Below are positions 50,201 to 62,775 of a DNA stretch of 64,000 nucleotides, in pieces (positions within the stretch are counted from its first letter, which is position 1; each line of letters starts with the position of its first letter). The position numbers and the translations under genes are program-made. The stretch is from Laetmonice hystrix (lineage: Eukaryota), in assembly GCA_965235115.1 (NCBI GenBank), contig OZ249436.1, forward strand, positions 32,056,001-32,120,000. Direction: 5' to 3'. The notes under the pieces were generated by a model. The model did no database searches, was not told the origin of the DNA, and was given only the letters and a program-made list of their open reading frames with translations.

Positions 50201-53200
50201 GACTCGTGTCGGAATGCGAACCTTTCCTAACTCTTTCCTCCAAACTGGTTCTCTCTGGAGAGCAAACAAAGACAGTATGATGAAAATTCTTCACTTTCCC
50301 CCCCGTTTCAATTCTTGATAACAAGCAAACGCAAGTACTAGTAATGAAATTGTATACTAATTACGTTATCAAATATCATATGGAAAATGAGATAAGCCTA
50401 GCTTGCTTACATCACGCATGAAGATAAGGTCCCTTTGGAGGAAGTATATTGCCTGCTCGAGGCCTTCACTGCGGCATCCCTGGACAGCCTCTTCATGAGC
50501 CCCCCACTGGTTCTGCTCGATGAATTCCCACTAACAGGCAAAACATGGAATTCAATTCAAATCAGTCCTCTATCTACGATCAAAATTAAAACATGTATGA
50601 AAAATTGTTATATTTTATATCATGGCTTCTCCACACAAATCAGCTTCATCATATTTTCACTTTTATTAAAGAACTAAAATTACTTGCTAGTACAATAGAG
50701 TAAAAAATATTATTATACTAAAGTTATGAACTATAACCTCGAAAGCTTGGAGTTTTTCATTCATCCAGGCCCGAATACGAGATCTCACTGGGTACGTCCG
50801 CACCAGATGTGAGCGCAACTGAATAAAAAATAAATAGGTCAACAACAGACATAGAAGAGAATAAAGAATTACCTAATTTTTGGGTTGGGGGTGGGGGTGG
50901 GGGTGGGGGTGGGGGTGGGGGTGGGGGTGGGGTGGGATGGGAGGATCCGTTCACAGTGTGGGCCTGTGATCAATCACTCACACTCCCCCAAAGAAGACTG
51001 CCAACTTGGGCAAATACTCTCGTCCCAAACACTGAATGTGGCCAAGTTTACCATATAATTGTAAGAGTTGATATAGTACAGGTAGTCAAGAAATAGAAAG
51101 TGACTACCCTTTTTATACTATCTAATGAATTGATCACATGACTAACCTCTTCTTTATGGCGCTGAAGTTTGTTGCGGACGTGATCCACTGCATATGTCAT
51201 GATGAGCACAGCCTTTGCCTGCTCCACGAGTACCTCACCTGCGGAACAAGGACAATGCATGATTACCTCACTGATAAAAACTCCAAATACATGCACAGGC
51301 GTTTCCAATGGCAGTATATACATTTGTATGCTGCGGAACTTGTGCCCTGTTTCCAATAAAAGTTAAAGTCAGGTTAAGTCTGCCTGAAGTCAATTTGAAC
51401 CGAACCAATCAGATACAAATAAATTTGTGAACATTCCTCTTTTGGTCCAATCTTTAAGCTATCCTGAAATTTAGAACTGGTTTTCAAATAAAGATGTTAT
51501 ACCTGTATGATGTGTACATACCTATACCAGGCTGTAAACCTTCCAGCTCATCACTGCGTATAATAGCATCATAAACACGGCGGATATATTCCTCTAGTAT
51601 GGAACTATTTACTCTCTGAAAATAATTAACATGATGAGGTAACAACACATAATGTCATAAAAAGGATGAGGACTAGACTGACCGAAGATTGCTACATGTA
51701 ATGAAAGCAGGTCCCTTACATTGTAAATAAGTTACTACAAAGTGATCTCATGTGATACCTCGATGAACCACTTTTTAAATTAAAATATTTTTAGATTCAA
51801 ATGTAAGGGCAACCCACTCTTATCATTCTTCTATTTTGCCATAGCTTAAGAGATATAACTTTCTTACCTTAACAATCTCCTCATATGTTAAGTTTTGATC
51901 TGCCAGAAAGTAAAAACCAGATTATCACATTAGGCAGGCTTTAACAGCAAACCATGAAATACTGAAAAAAAGTCTAAAATCGTGATTTGACAAATTATGT
52001 CATAAATGGTAAATTGTTAGGCTATAATAAAATATCACCTTTGAGTTCAGCGAGCATCCTGTCCTTGTACTTGATGTACCAGCCTCTTGACTCCAACTCC
52101 AGGATGGTCTTCAGTACAGCCACACACCGCTGCATCAGGTCTGTTCAAAACACCAGTAACAACACACATTATATGTAATGCTTGGGTAGCAGGTCAGTTC
52201 AACACACCAGTAACAGCACACATTATATGCATTGCTTGGGTAGCAGGTCAGTTCAACACACCAGTAACAGCACACATTATATGCATTGCTTGGGTAGCAG
52301 GTCAGTTCAACACCCCAGTAACAGCACACATTATATGCATTGCTTGGGTAGCAGGTCAGTTCAACACACCAGTAACAGCACACATTATATGCAATGCTTG
52401 GGTTGCAGGTATGTGAAACAAACCCCTATAAGCACACATGATAGCGACACTTGGCCATCAGATCTGTTCTAAACACCAGTAACAACACAGATTATATGCA
52501 ATGCATGGGTACCAGGGCCCGTTTTTTTGGTTGAGCTCGAGTCAAGTTTGAGACGAAAACCTCGTCTCAAGCTCACAGCCCTATGAGTCGACCCAAAGGG
52601 CCGTGAGCTTGAGACGAGGTTTTCGTCTCAAACTTGACTCAAGCTCAATCAAAAAACCGGGCCCTGGTCTGTCCAACACACCAATGACAGCACTCATGAC
52701 GGTAACACTTGACCATTAGGTCTGTCAAACCTGTCGCCAGTAACATAACAATTATATTGGTAACAAGATGAAAACAACTCACCATTGTTAAACAACCTGA
52801 GGTCGATCTCTGTGCCTTTGGGTGTTTGATATTTGTAGGGCACAGACGGTGGTGAAAAGTCAGAAGTCTGCAAACAGAAATAGGGAAATCCTGTCTTTAA
52901 AGGATATCATAAACAATTTTTGTTACAAAATAGAAAAAAAACTGTAATTTTCTGAGCAGCGACTTAATATTAATAATACATTGTGTTATGCCATCAATCT
53001 GCTCCTTATGCGGATTTCTAACATTTTTAATAAGTATGAGTCATGGTGGCTATTTAGACCTACATTCTCCAAAGCTATGGAATAAACCAGAAATTAAATT
53101 TTGACCTTGTGTTTTTCTACTTGTGCTTGTTTACACTTTTCCTTGACGTAATCACAGAAGTTTATCCAGTAGCACTTGTATTTAGGCTGAAATCACACAA

Positions 53201-56200
53201 GAATGAAAGAATGTTCAGATTTACAGCTTACAAAAATTGTAAATGGTATTATGTCATTCTTTTTCAATCAAATTCTTACCCAAAAGAGAGCACATTAATA
53301 AACTTATCAACAATTTATAGGCTTTGCAAGTATAGTTTGCTGAAGGAAATGTGACCTGTACTGGATTTGAATAGAGTACAAGGGTATCCAACATATACCT
53401 TAACGTTAAGTTCTGCCACAAGGAAACGTCCATGTTCCTCTCCTAACTTTTGAATTATGTCTCCTGGTGTACTGGAAGGCATCCCTATCAGTATATCTAA
53501 ACAAAAGAACATAACAATTAGCTACCAAGCCTTAAATAAGATAATCTTGACAAATGCTTTAATTTTTACCTTTTCCCTATTTACGGCATTTTTACACTCT
53601 TATGTATGGTACACAGAAAGGTTATATACACAGGAAAATATACACCTGGTCTTCAGTAACTGACACCAAATTCATTGTTTAAATTTGAGATCTTCTTCCA
53701 GAATTAAAAGCTCAGAGGCATACCAAACAAGTGCCAGACAGATCGGCCAACAGACTTCAGGGACTCGGAGAGGCTGAAGAAATGGGAGTGGAAGCGATTC
53801 CTGGCAGTGATTATGATCAGACGTAGAGCCAACGACATATCCTGTAATATTGACATGGTATCAATAACTGACAGGTCATTCAGCTATGATATGTATTTTC
53901 ATGACTCTGATACACTTCAAATAATGGTCCAATTATAATTCAAAGAATGCACCTACTGTAAAAATGCCACTTTACAGTCTACAACTATGATTTATCTGAC
54001 TTAGAAACTAGTAATGTTTATGTGGGAAGTACATGTACAACCATACATGGCCGATTTTCACATTTTTCTTTAAAGTTTATTTCTTACTATGATTTGGTAA
54101 GACATAATATGGAAAAATTATTATAAATCTTGTTAATAATATTTCTAATGATAAGGAAGAATACTACTTACATCCAGCAGTGTGTCCTGGGATCTCCGAG
54201 TGCCTTTCTGTAGAAGTTTGCTCAGTCGCCACCTGTGGGCCTGACTAGGGAAGTGAATGCTGTCGACATCAAACTCCCTGAAAAATACAAGAGGTAAAAT
54301 ATATTATAAGAAAACCTCCTTTAAACAAAGCTGTTCTGTTGTTGATGAACTGCTGCATACTTTATGTTAATGCTCCTTACAGCTTACAGCCTTTACAATA
54401 TCATTAAAAACTTGAGGTTATTAGAGAACATACCCAAGCCTTCGTATATTGTCCAATTGTTTGTCATTGAGAAACTTGGAGTTTCCATTGTTATCCCTTG
54501 CTACTTCATCCAGTTCATCAAATGTTGGGGCCTTGAAAAGATCTTTGAATGAGATGACGCCCTCCTGAAATGACATCATGACTAGTAATTAGACAAGAAC
54601 TTACAAATTACTGACACTTATAATAGAAAATATGATAAAACATCACGTTTTCCAAACTATTTCCCTTTTTTTCTTTTTTCTTTTGCAAAAGAATTGAAAT
54701 CCTGAGCAATGGCCTGTTCTGTCAGCTCCTTCCCCTCCTAATACTTCACAAAGAATTACTGTTTGCTCTCACAAGGACTAATGTTGCAATACGCACTTGT
54801 ATGTCATCACTGCCGGCATTTCGTTCTGTGATGGACGGAGGAAGGACAATAGGAAAGTGACTCCAGTGGTACAACATTGTTTCAGCCAGCTGCAAAAATA
54901 TCACTGCACAGTAAGTAACTGGGCCACAAAGACATGTCTGAAAATGTAGTTATTATTATGTTTATTAAATTATCTCTATAAGAGAAACTGTGATCCAGAA
55001 GATCCCATCATCACTAATATGTAAATAGTGAGAGCACCTTACTTGGAAAAGGGCAAAAATATTGTATTCATTTCATTGCTTTCTTAAGACATTATTAGTA
55101 AAAATTTCACATAACTGGGAATAAATGAGACAGGATCTCTATACCTAGAGGCAACTGAATATAAATGTTCCTGATGTTACCTACTTCTTTGATCTGCTGC
55201 ATGACTTCCACTTCCCCAACAGTCAAGTGCTCAGTTTTGATAGTGAAGGTCAGTGGCTCCCTCTGGTGGAGAAGAGCAGCAAAGAATCCACGTCACAGAT
55301 ACTTTACAATGACTATGGCTATGAAAATAACATTTTGCTTCACTCTTGATTTTGAATGCTTCAAGTTGATTGCCACTTTATAGTCTTACGGTTCATTTCA
55401 GTATGGTATCTGAAGTTTGCAGTTTTTTCATATATTCAACTGGCTTTGCCTTACCTCTGGTTCCACATCTAGCTCCATGCTGTCGAGAGGCCTCTGTGGG
55501 AGAGAATGTCACGTTAGTAAAAAGAACATGACAAGAGCATACTAAGTAACACGATACAGCAAACTCAATACACCTCCCTTACTCAAGTTACTGAACCAAA
55601 GTCAAAGGTTCATGTCAAAACGGAGGTAATTGGTCTAATACCGTAGTTACATGCTTTCTGTATTTTTATGAGAACCGAGCTCTCATCTCGTGTCCCAATC
55701 CCCTGCTGCAATCACTACCATTATACGTCAGGGCCCACCCATCTGGGGTGATTGACCTGAGAACTCACGCATGACTCTGGTATACTGAACCGAAATCAAT
55801 ACCTAATACCAGGTTTGCACATAAAACGGACATTGATTCTACTGTATTTGAGTAATGATTCCATGACTGTGCTACCTTTGGGTCGAGGGAACAGTCTATT
55901 CATGGCATCTATACCTCACTGACAGTTAGAGGTCATTCAATAAGAGATGGATATCAAGTCAATACCTGTACGCTGGATATTTATCTCCTCTATATTAGAT
56001 CTATGGTCTTCACTAATATATCAAATGATTCTGTCTACATTCAGCCCACCCCAAGTGCATGACATCTCAGACTATTTGTGTATGATTGGCATGCTAGGTG
56101 GACTCTCAAGATCAATGCAAGAAGCAGCAGCAGGCTCCTCATATCAAAGGACACATCAAAGACCAGCTATGATTCCCACCTGTTTCTTATTAGTAAAAAA

Positions 56201-59200
56201 GGTAGTACCGGTAGTTCCCTCCTTAATCTGAGTTGACCTTGTTTAAAAAAACAACAACAAAACATATGTAAAGTCTGGACTGGTGGGACTGGGTTCTGAT
56301 GCTATGTTACGTACAGCCCAAGGTTAGCCATTGCCTTCTGGCTGAACAAGGACAAGCCAGTCAGAGTGGTAGCGAGATAAAACCAGTATGTTTTGGCTCC
56401 ATACTCCGGCTGGTGGTGCTAGTGGCTGCTGGCCAACTGGCAAGGGCCTGGGTTGATTACCGATGCTGACTGACCAAGACAAGATGGGCAGACACACTAA
56501 TAACAGGACTTGACAGGTGCAAAAATCCACAGGTGTTGTGTAATACTGCTGCACATGCATGCATACGTTTTTTTACAATGAATAATGGTATGAAAGCAAG
56601 TCAGCTCTGCTGATCATGAGACGCTTGTTCTGTAACAAAATACTGAATAGGGTACACAGATTGATAGCAGTGTGCAGCAGAGAAGGGGAAGGAAGGAGGG
56701 AGAGAGGGATGGATGGATGGATGGATGGAGGGATGGAGGGATGGATGGATGGAGGGAGGGAGGGAGGGAGGGAGGGAGGGAGGGAGGGAGGGAGGGAGGG
56801 AGGGAGGGAGGGAGGGAGGGAGGGAGGGAGGGAGGGAGGGAGGGAGGGAGGGAGGGAGGGAGGGAGGGAGGGAGGGAGGGAGGGAGGGAGGGAGGGAGGG
56901 AGGGAGGGAGGGAGGGAGGGAGGGAGGGAGGGAGGGAGGGAGGGAGTTTAGAAATATAAACTAATAGAAAATCACTGCCAACCTTGACCTCTGTGTCGGG
57001 GTCTATTTCATCTGCATTAGAATCCCCACTTTCCTGAATCAGAGAGAAAAAAAATATATATGAACAGCCAAATCAGTGATGATAACGTAGAAATACATTA
57101 GGCAAATGAAATTATTGTACAGAAATATACAAGATCAACAATATGTGAACCAGATAAAATCACTAGTAGGCATCTTCAGTATTACTGGATTATAAGAAGA
57201 GAATTGGTAGCTGACAGGACAGATTAATATAATTGACAACATAGACGTTGTTATTCAAAATACACAACAATTAGTTGGCTGAATGGGTAGGACTTACCTC
57301 TGTCTCTGTATGCACTCTTATGTCATCTTCCATGCTCTCCGCTATTACCTTTGTAATAAAAAGCATAAACTTGCTGACAGTACACTCAACCGAAACCTAA
57401 GATGTGTTACTTATAAAAAATCATTTGGAAACATAGACGTACTTACTGTACATAATGGCAAATGTCTCTGACATCAGGATGAGGGTTTCTTGCAGAGATT
57501 TATGGTATGTCCTAGTTGTTTAAAAGATTCCATAAACTGGCACCGGGACCAGACAGAGATGATTTCAAACATTTAAAACAAGAGTTGCTTCTTCATTTCA
57601 AGGGACGGTAAAAGATGATAAACTGCAGGAAGTATTACTTGTACATCTTATATGACCATCTGGTTCTTGGCCAACATATCAGCGATAGGATATTCATCTT
57701 ATACCCTGAATTAGGTACAAATATAATCATTTTCCTGTCACTAATGACAAAGAAACTGGTAAAAGAAAACTGTCTTTTTCTACTAAATTTTAAATATCCG
57801 ATTTTGAGGAAATATCCCCAAAAAGAATTATTAGTGGCAGAATTCTATTGTTAAGGTAACCAAGTATCATACATAGTGTTTAAAGAGTGCCAGTTTACCG
57901 GTACTTTAATATGAAATTTTCAAATTTTGTATGAAAGAGGATGCATCTGTTGCAGTACGCCATTGTTCTTTAAAGACAAAGTGGTATCAATATATTATTC
58001 ACATGCTTGCAATCATAACGACTGCCCATGCTGGGAGCCCTGTCAATGGGAGCTGGTGAACAACAAGTTACCTCGTGCTCTGAGCGCAGGTCTGCCTCAG
58101 TTGCTTCCGTTTTATCCTGGAATCATTTAATTATACTTCAGGTGATGTGTAAAACAGCGACCAGAGTTCCAAGTTTCAGACAGTGCTATATCTTATAATA
58201 CATCTGAAGCTCTGCATTTTGAGGAAGGACACTGCTGGAAATACAGTATGGCTGCTGAAAAAAGCCGCATTTCAAAAATAAACAATGCCTTACAACTTTT
58301 TACAGACCAATATTTAAAATAATAGAAATAATGGTGTTGGCTTCCTACTTTATGTAGTAATGCGTATATCATGGATTGTGAAAATATCCACATTGGGAAG
58401 AATGCCACATTATACTCACCTCTGAATCTGGTGTCAGATCAGTCTCCACTGTCTCTGTCACCTCCTGCAGCACATATCAGTATAACTATAACTAACTAAT
58501 TCTAAAATCTCCTGTCACCTCCCGCAGCACATATCAGTATAACTATAACTAACTCATTCTAACATCTCCTGTCACCTCCCGCAGCACATATCAGTATAAC
58601 TATAACTAACTCATTCTAACATCTCCTGTCACCTCCCGCAGCACATATCAGTATAACTATATCTAACTCATTCTAACATCTCCTGTTACCTCCTGCAGCA
58701 CATATCAGTATAACTTTAACTAACTTATTATAACATCTCCTGTCACCTCCTGCAGCACATATCAGTATAACTATAACTAACTCATTCTAACATCTCCTGT
58801 CACCTCCTGCAGCACATATCAGTATAACTATAACTAACTCATTCTAACATCTCCTGTCACCTCCCGCAGCACATATCAGTATAACTTTAACTAACTTATT
58901 ATAACATCTCCTGTCACCTCCTGCAGCACATATCAGTATAACTATAACTAACTTATTCTAACATCTCCTGTCACCTCAGGCAGCACATATCAGTATAACT
59001 ATAACTAACTTATTATAACATCTCCTGTCACCTCCTGCAGCACATATCAGTATAACTATAACTAACTCATTCTAACATCTCCTGTCACCTCCCGCAGCAC
59101 ATATCAGTATAACTATAACTAACTCATTCTAACATCTCCTGTCACCTCAGGCAGCACATATCAGTATAACTATAACTAACTTATTATAACATCTCCTGTC

Positions 59201-62200
59201 ACCTCCCGCAGCACATATCAGTATAACTATAACTAACTCATTCTAACATTCCTGTCACCTCCCGCAGCACATATCAGTATAACTATAACTAACTTATTAT
59301 AACATCTCCTGTCACCTCCCGCAGCACATATCAGTATAACTATAACTAACTCATTCTAACATCTCCTGTCACCTCCCGCAGCACATATCAGTATAACTAT
59401 AACTAACTTATTATAACATTTCCTGTCACCTCCCGCAGCACATATCAGTATAACTATAACTAACTTATTATAACATCTCCTGTCACCTCCCACAGCACAT
59501 ATCAGTATAACTATAACTAACTTATTATAACATCTCCTGTCACCTCCTGCAGCACATATCAGTATAACTAACTAACTTATTATAACATCTCCTGTCACCT
59601 CCCGCAGCACATACCGTATATGTCCTATTTGCCGCGCACCTCCTATTTGCCGCGCACCCCAGCATTTTTTAAAACCCAATGTGTTTGTCAGGGGTGGAAA
59701 TTTGGGAAAACTCATATTGGGGACTCATATTGGGGACCTATTTGGAAAGAAAATGCCCCCTTAACGTTAAAATAATTCATTTGCCGCGCACCCCCCTTCT
59801 GCACACGCGCATGCGCGGCAAATAGGACATATACGGTATCAGTAACAATAACTAACTTATTATAACATCTCCTGTCACCACTTGCAGCACATATCAGTAT
59901 AATTAACCTATTAAGAGGGTTTCCTGCAAGCCTTTTTTTGGGGGGGGAGACTCCCCCCCCCATTATTTAGCTACTCCCCCCCAAAAATTTCCAGGGGGAA
60001 ATATTTGGCATTACTCTCCCCCCCCCCCAACTCGCACCATTCCCCCCAAAAAGTCGAAAATCTCCAGGAAACCCTGTATATTTATAATAGCTCCTGTCAC
60101 TTTCTGCAGCAAGAGTTGATATGAAAAAAAAACACCTCCTCTCCTCCTCAGCATAATAATGTTGGCACAATTTTAAATGGAGGGGGTGGTAGGGGTGCTC
60201 CAGGTGGTCTTGACCCCTTTCTTAGTACAAGTATTGTCTTTTCTCTAAAACGTTTTTCTCACCTGTTTTTGCCTGCATTTTGTCAGACTCACTGTTCCTT
60301 TTCCAAATTCCTTTACCCATCCCCATCAAATTCAATTTTAAAATTATCACAATTACTGTTGACTCCTCCAGAATTATGTTGGAGCAAGTACTGTTGCTTC
60401 ATGTCAGTGAAAATTATATAATGATCACTGCTACACAGACTACCGTTACTTCCTGCAACATATATATTCCAATACATGTGTACATCAAAAGAAACCTTGT
60501 AGCCTCTGACTGGCATACCATACAGTGTATGTCACATAATAAACAGGTCTGTAGTTACATCCTCAGCTAGTATCTTCCCCTGTTAAGACAATCTGGAGTC
60601 AACCATCACAGGCCGACTCATCCTGCAATACTCGTGCATAAAGCAAACTAATGACAGATCTACATCCTGTTTCATATGTCAACATATACGTTGCAGCAAT
60701 ATATGAACATCAAACCAATCACAGCTTTTACAGTATCAGTCAGGAATAATGCACCTCTCAGCACAATGTTACTACTGTACCAATGGCAATGCCAGGGATG
60801 CCAACTGGTAGGAAAAAAAGAAACAAAATTCTGTGATAAACCTATGTGTGTTCCACAAATATGAATTAAAAAGAAAGCCCCAACGGGACACCCTTGAAGC
60901 ACATTATCAGAAATGATCTTTTTGGGCATACAACTCCCAGTATAAATTTTAGAATAAATAAAGTTGATTTCCAGGGAAGATTGGCATCCCTGCCACTCAC
61001 ACCGAGTGAACGGTTCTGCCGCATACTGCTATTACAACCAGTGACTGACTCCAAGATAAAAAAAAAAGGCTTGGTTTAAGGGACTTTCCTTGTAGCAAAC
61101 TGACGGGGTTAGCAAGCAGCAGGATGCCTTCCATTAAGTAATTCCACATAGACCGAAAATACAGCACTCATCCATATCTCACGAACAGATTTGCACCCCT
61201 CTACACAAATCATCATACTCCAGTATATTATTGAAACAACTGGGACTAGTTTAAATTCTGGGAACAGATCAGAAGCCTTCAAACCAAGACCTCCTATATT
61301 TTGGAGCTTCTAGCTTAGATTAGTACAGAAATCTCTGGTAAATCCCTATGACACATGAAAGCATCTCAACTAACTTAACTACATACATTGTATACCTTTA
61401 GGCTTTATATTATATAGATCTACCACAGCTAATTGGCAACTTGGGGGGGGGGTTCTATCAGTTAATATAGTAGACAGTTACTGGGGGGGGTACAAGTTTA
61501 TGAGGGAACTACACGTAGTGAAGGTACAAATTTATACCACTGATATACAAACTGAAATTGCCCTCAAGATAAACAGAAATTTTCCAGATGAATTGGTGGA
61601 GGGCCTGAGTAATGAGTTTATAAATACAATTGCTACTACCGGTATTGAATTGAGCAGTTTTAACATGCCTGTCATGACATCCCTGACAATATTGAAAAAT
61701 TGAAAAATACTGCTATTACATATAGCATGCTGGAGGCACTCTATTATGATATTTAAAAAATTATAATAAAATCATCTGATGAGAGTGACTGGTTTGGCCT
61801 CATTTAGTCCTATCATGCTTTTAAGACACATGCAATTTAAAAGTTGGGTAAAGATCACTCACAAATCCAAAAATACTGGACAGTAGCTTCATAAAAATTG
61901 ATAAATTTCATAAAAATGTTTGCATGCATATGTGCATGTACATGGTCTTGCTATAGGCACATTCATTTTAGAAAAATTGAGTTTTACTACATCTCTAACT
62001 CAAGATCAAATAATTATCACTAAAGAATCCAGTACATGTACATTTATAATAAAATAATGTCTCTACTACTGGATGTCTTATTGTTGAGATTACTAAGTGG
62101 ATAGTACAAGGGGCAGGGCAGTTTGCTGAGAAAAGTGACAACGCTTTTGCCTGATTAGCCACCCTGAGAATGTATTCTATCCCAAATTGCTAATATTTGA

Positions 62201-62775
62201 ATAAATGTTTCAAAATACTGACAGGATCTATTAACGCTTTAAATTAAAGTCAACTAGCTTACACTGTATGAAACCACAGTATTGATTGTCAATTTGTCTT
62301 TAGATTATTGTATTATTGTTTATTATATCATTGCTGATGTATGTTGTATATTTGCAACATATGATGGAATATTAGTTAACAATTTTGTTACAACTAATCA
62401 TGAGAGGGGAATATCGATTACGTACCTTGAAAATCTTAGTAGTTAGATAGAATAATGCAGAGAGGTTCAAACTAAAATGGTAGGTGAAGACATCTTTTTT
62501 GGTAATCTTCCTGCCTTCGTTTCTAATACTTAACTATATCTGCATAACATCTTTCTCTACCTATGCACACTCATAATGGGCATGCCATGGAAAAACAAAC
62601 CTGGGAATCTGATTATGAGGGTCAACCAATGACTATTAACATACCGAAACAGGGAATATTATATTGGTCTGAGCTACACCACTATTATCAGGAGACACTA
62701 CTTAAAAATTGTTCTACAAAAAGGCGATGGTTATCTCACCTCAGTGTCGACCTCTATGGTCTCTGCTGTCTCCAT
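40746..62775 (-). CDS. Large uncharacterised multi-pass membrane protein (at least 1245 aa with the distal last exon; may extend past the window). Exons 62740-62775, 58420-58464, 57298-57348, 56983-57033, 55455-55493, 55185-55262, 54797-54889, 54434-54564, 54172-54277, 53724-53841, 53399-53496, 52783-52867, 52039-52140, 51868-51899, 51522-51615, 51147-51238, 50411-50530, 50063-50254, 49718-49840, 49357-49446, 49022-49136, 48725-48881, 48477-48541, 48191-48325, 47767-47915, 47379-47491, 47133-47252, 46904-46979, 46459-46668, 46256-46352, 45877-45967, 45669-45788, then 44191-44467 or 40746-41259
   Basis: 32 consecutive GT-AG exons join in phase without stops (3224 nt) before the last exon. The protein has an acidic N-terminus, a helical middle, and hydrophobic segments (FWRWICYFHRTFAWMLNAMFWLGVAVPW; GALGSFLLVLVFPILCVTASILSIVAALTTPLWMPVVTLLVHIF; LQPIGALLAGLVACPFAALVILLVG). 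It also has a conserved-looking motif, WDAFMFHAIIKKRGRVPACDSFVARRIAGPGLASNYFYQI. I do not recognise the family. The short 5' exons are less certain. Confidence 0.85.
42907..43245. mobile_element. Non-autonomous DNA transposon with TTAA target duplication (Kolobok-like, 339 bp)
   Basis: ttaa|aggtgctattcgt ... acgaatagcacct|ttaa: 13-bp perfect TIRs beginning AGG. Confidence 0.8.
44191..44467 (-). CDS. Proximal alternative terminal exon (A) of the large membrane-protein gene
   Basis: Acceptor tttgcttctgtag|G GAG AAC, in phase 2, matching the donor of exon 45669-45788. Open to the stop at 44191 (RENEQSALSLDNITLQRIVSAAFQA...LKLKTE*). A minus-strand AATAAA lies at 42003-42008. Confidence 0.7.
50886..50935. 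repeat. (GGGGGT)n microsatellite
   Basis: Seen directly; it is the source of the spurious poly-Pro ORF. Confidence 0.9.
52134..52512. repeat. Minisatellite, 54-bp unit, about 6 copies plus degenerate copies, spanning the acceptor at 52140/52141
   Basis: caggtcwgttc recurs every 54 bp (52190, 52244, 52298, 52352); degenerate units continue to about 52760. Confidence 0.9.
52516..52663. mobile_element. Near-perfect hairpin MITE (PIF/Harbinger-like, CWG flanks)
   Basis: ggcccgtttttttggttgagctcgagtcaagtttgagacgaaaacctcgtctcaagctcac ... gtgagcttgagacgaggttttcgtctcaaacttgactcaagctcaatcaaaaaaccgggcc, flanked by cag / ctg. Confidence 0.85.
56690..56946. repeat. (GGAT)n/(GGGA)n purine-rich microsatellite, about 250 bp
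   Basis: Seen directly. Confidence 0.95.
58454..59905. repeat. Minisatellite, 57-bp unit, about 21 copies, spanning the acceptor at 58464/58465 and interrupted by a MITE
   Basis: cacatatcag recurs at 58471, 58528, 58585 and onward. Confidence 0.95.
59614..59836. mobile_element. Tc1/mariner (pogo/Tigger-like) MITE, 223 bp
   Basis: ta|ccgtatatgtcctatttgccgcgca ... tgcgcggcaaataggacatatacgg|ta: 25-bp perfect TIRs and a TA duplication inside the repeat unit cacata^tcag. Confidence 0.85.

Noticed and set aside
53646..53723. Apparent in-frame TGA near a donor-like site (selenocysteine or readthrough?)
   Set aside because: The correct donor is at 53724 (ttt g|gtatgc), which removes this segment and keeps the frame.
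56616..56964. (GGRE)n ORFs in three frames
   Set aside because: (GGGA)n microsatellite within an intron.
60263..60297. Candidate additional mini-exon of the large gene
   Set aside because: Good donor but a purine-rich acceptor, and its phase is incompatible with the flanking phase-0 exons.
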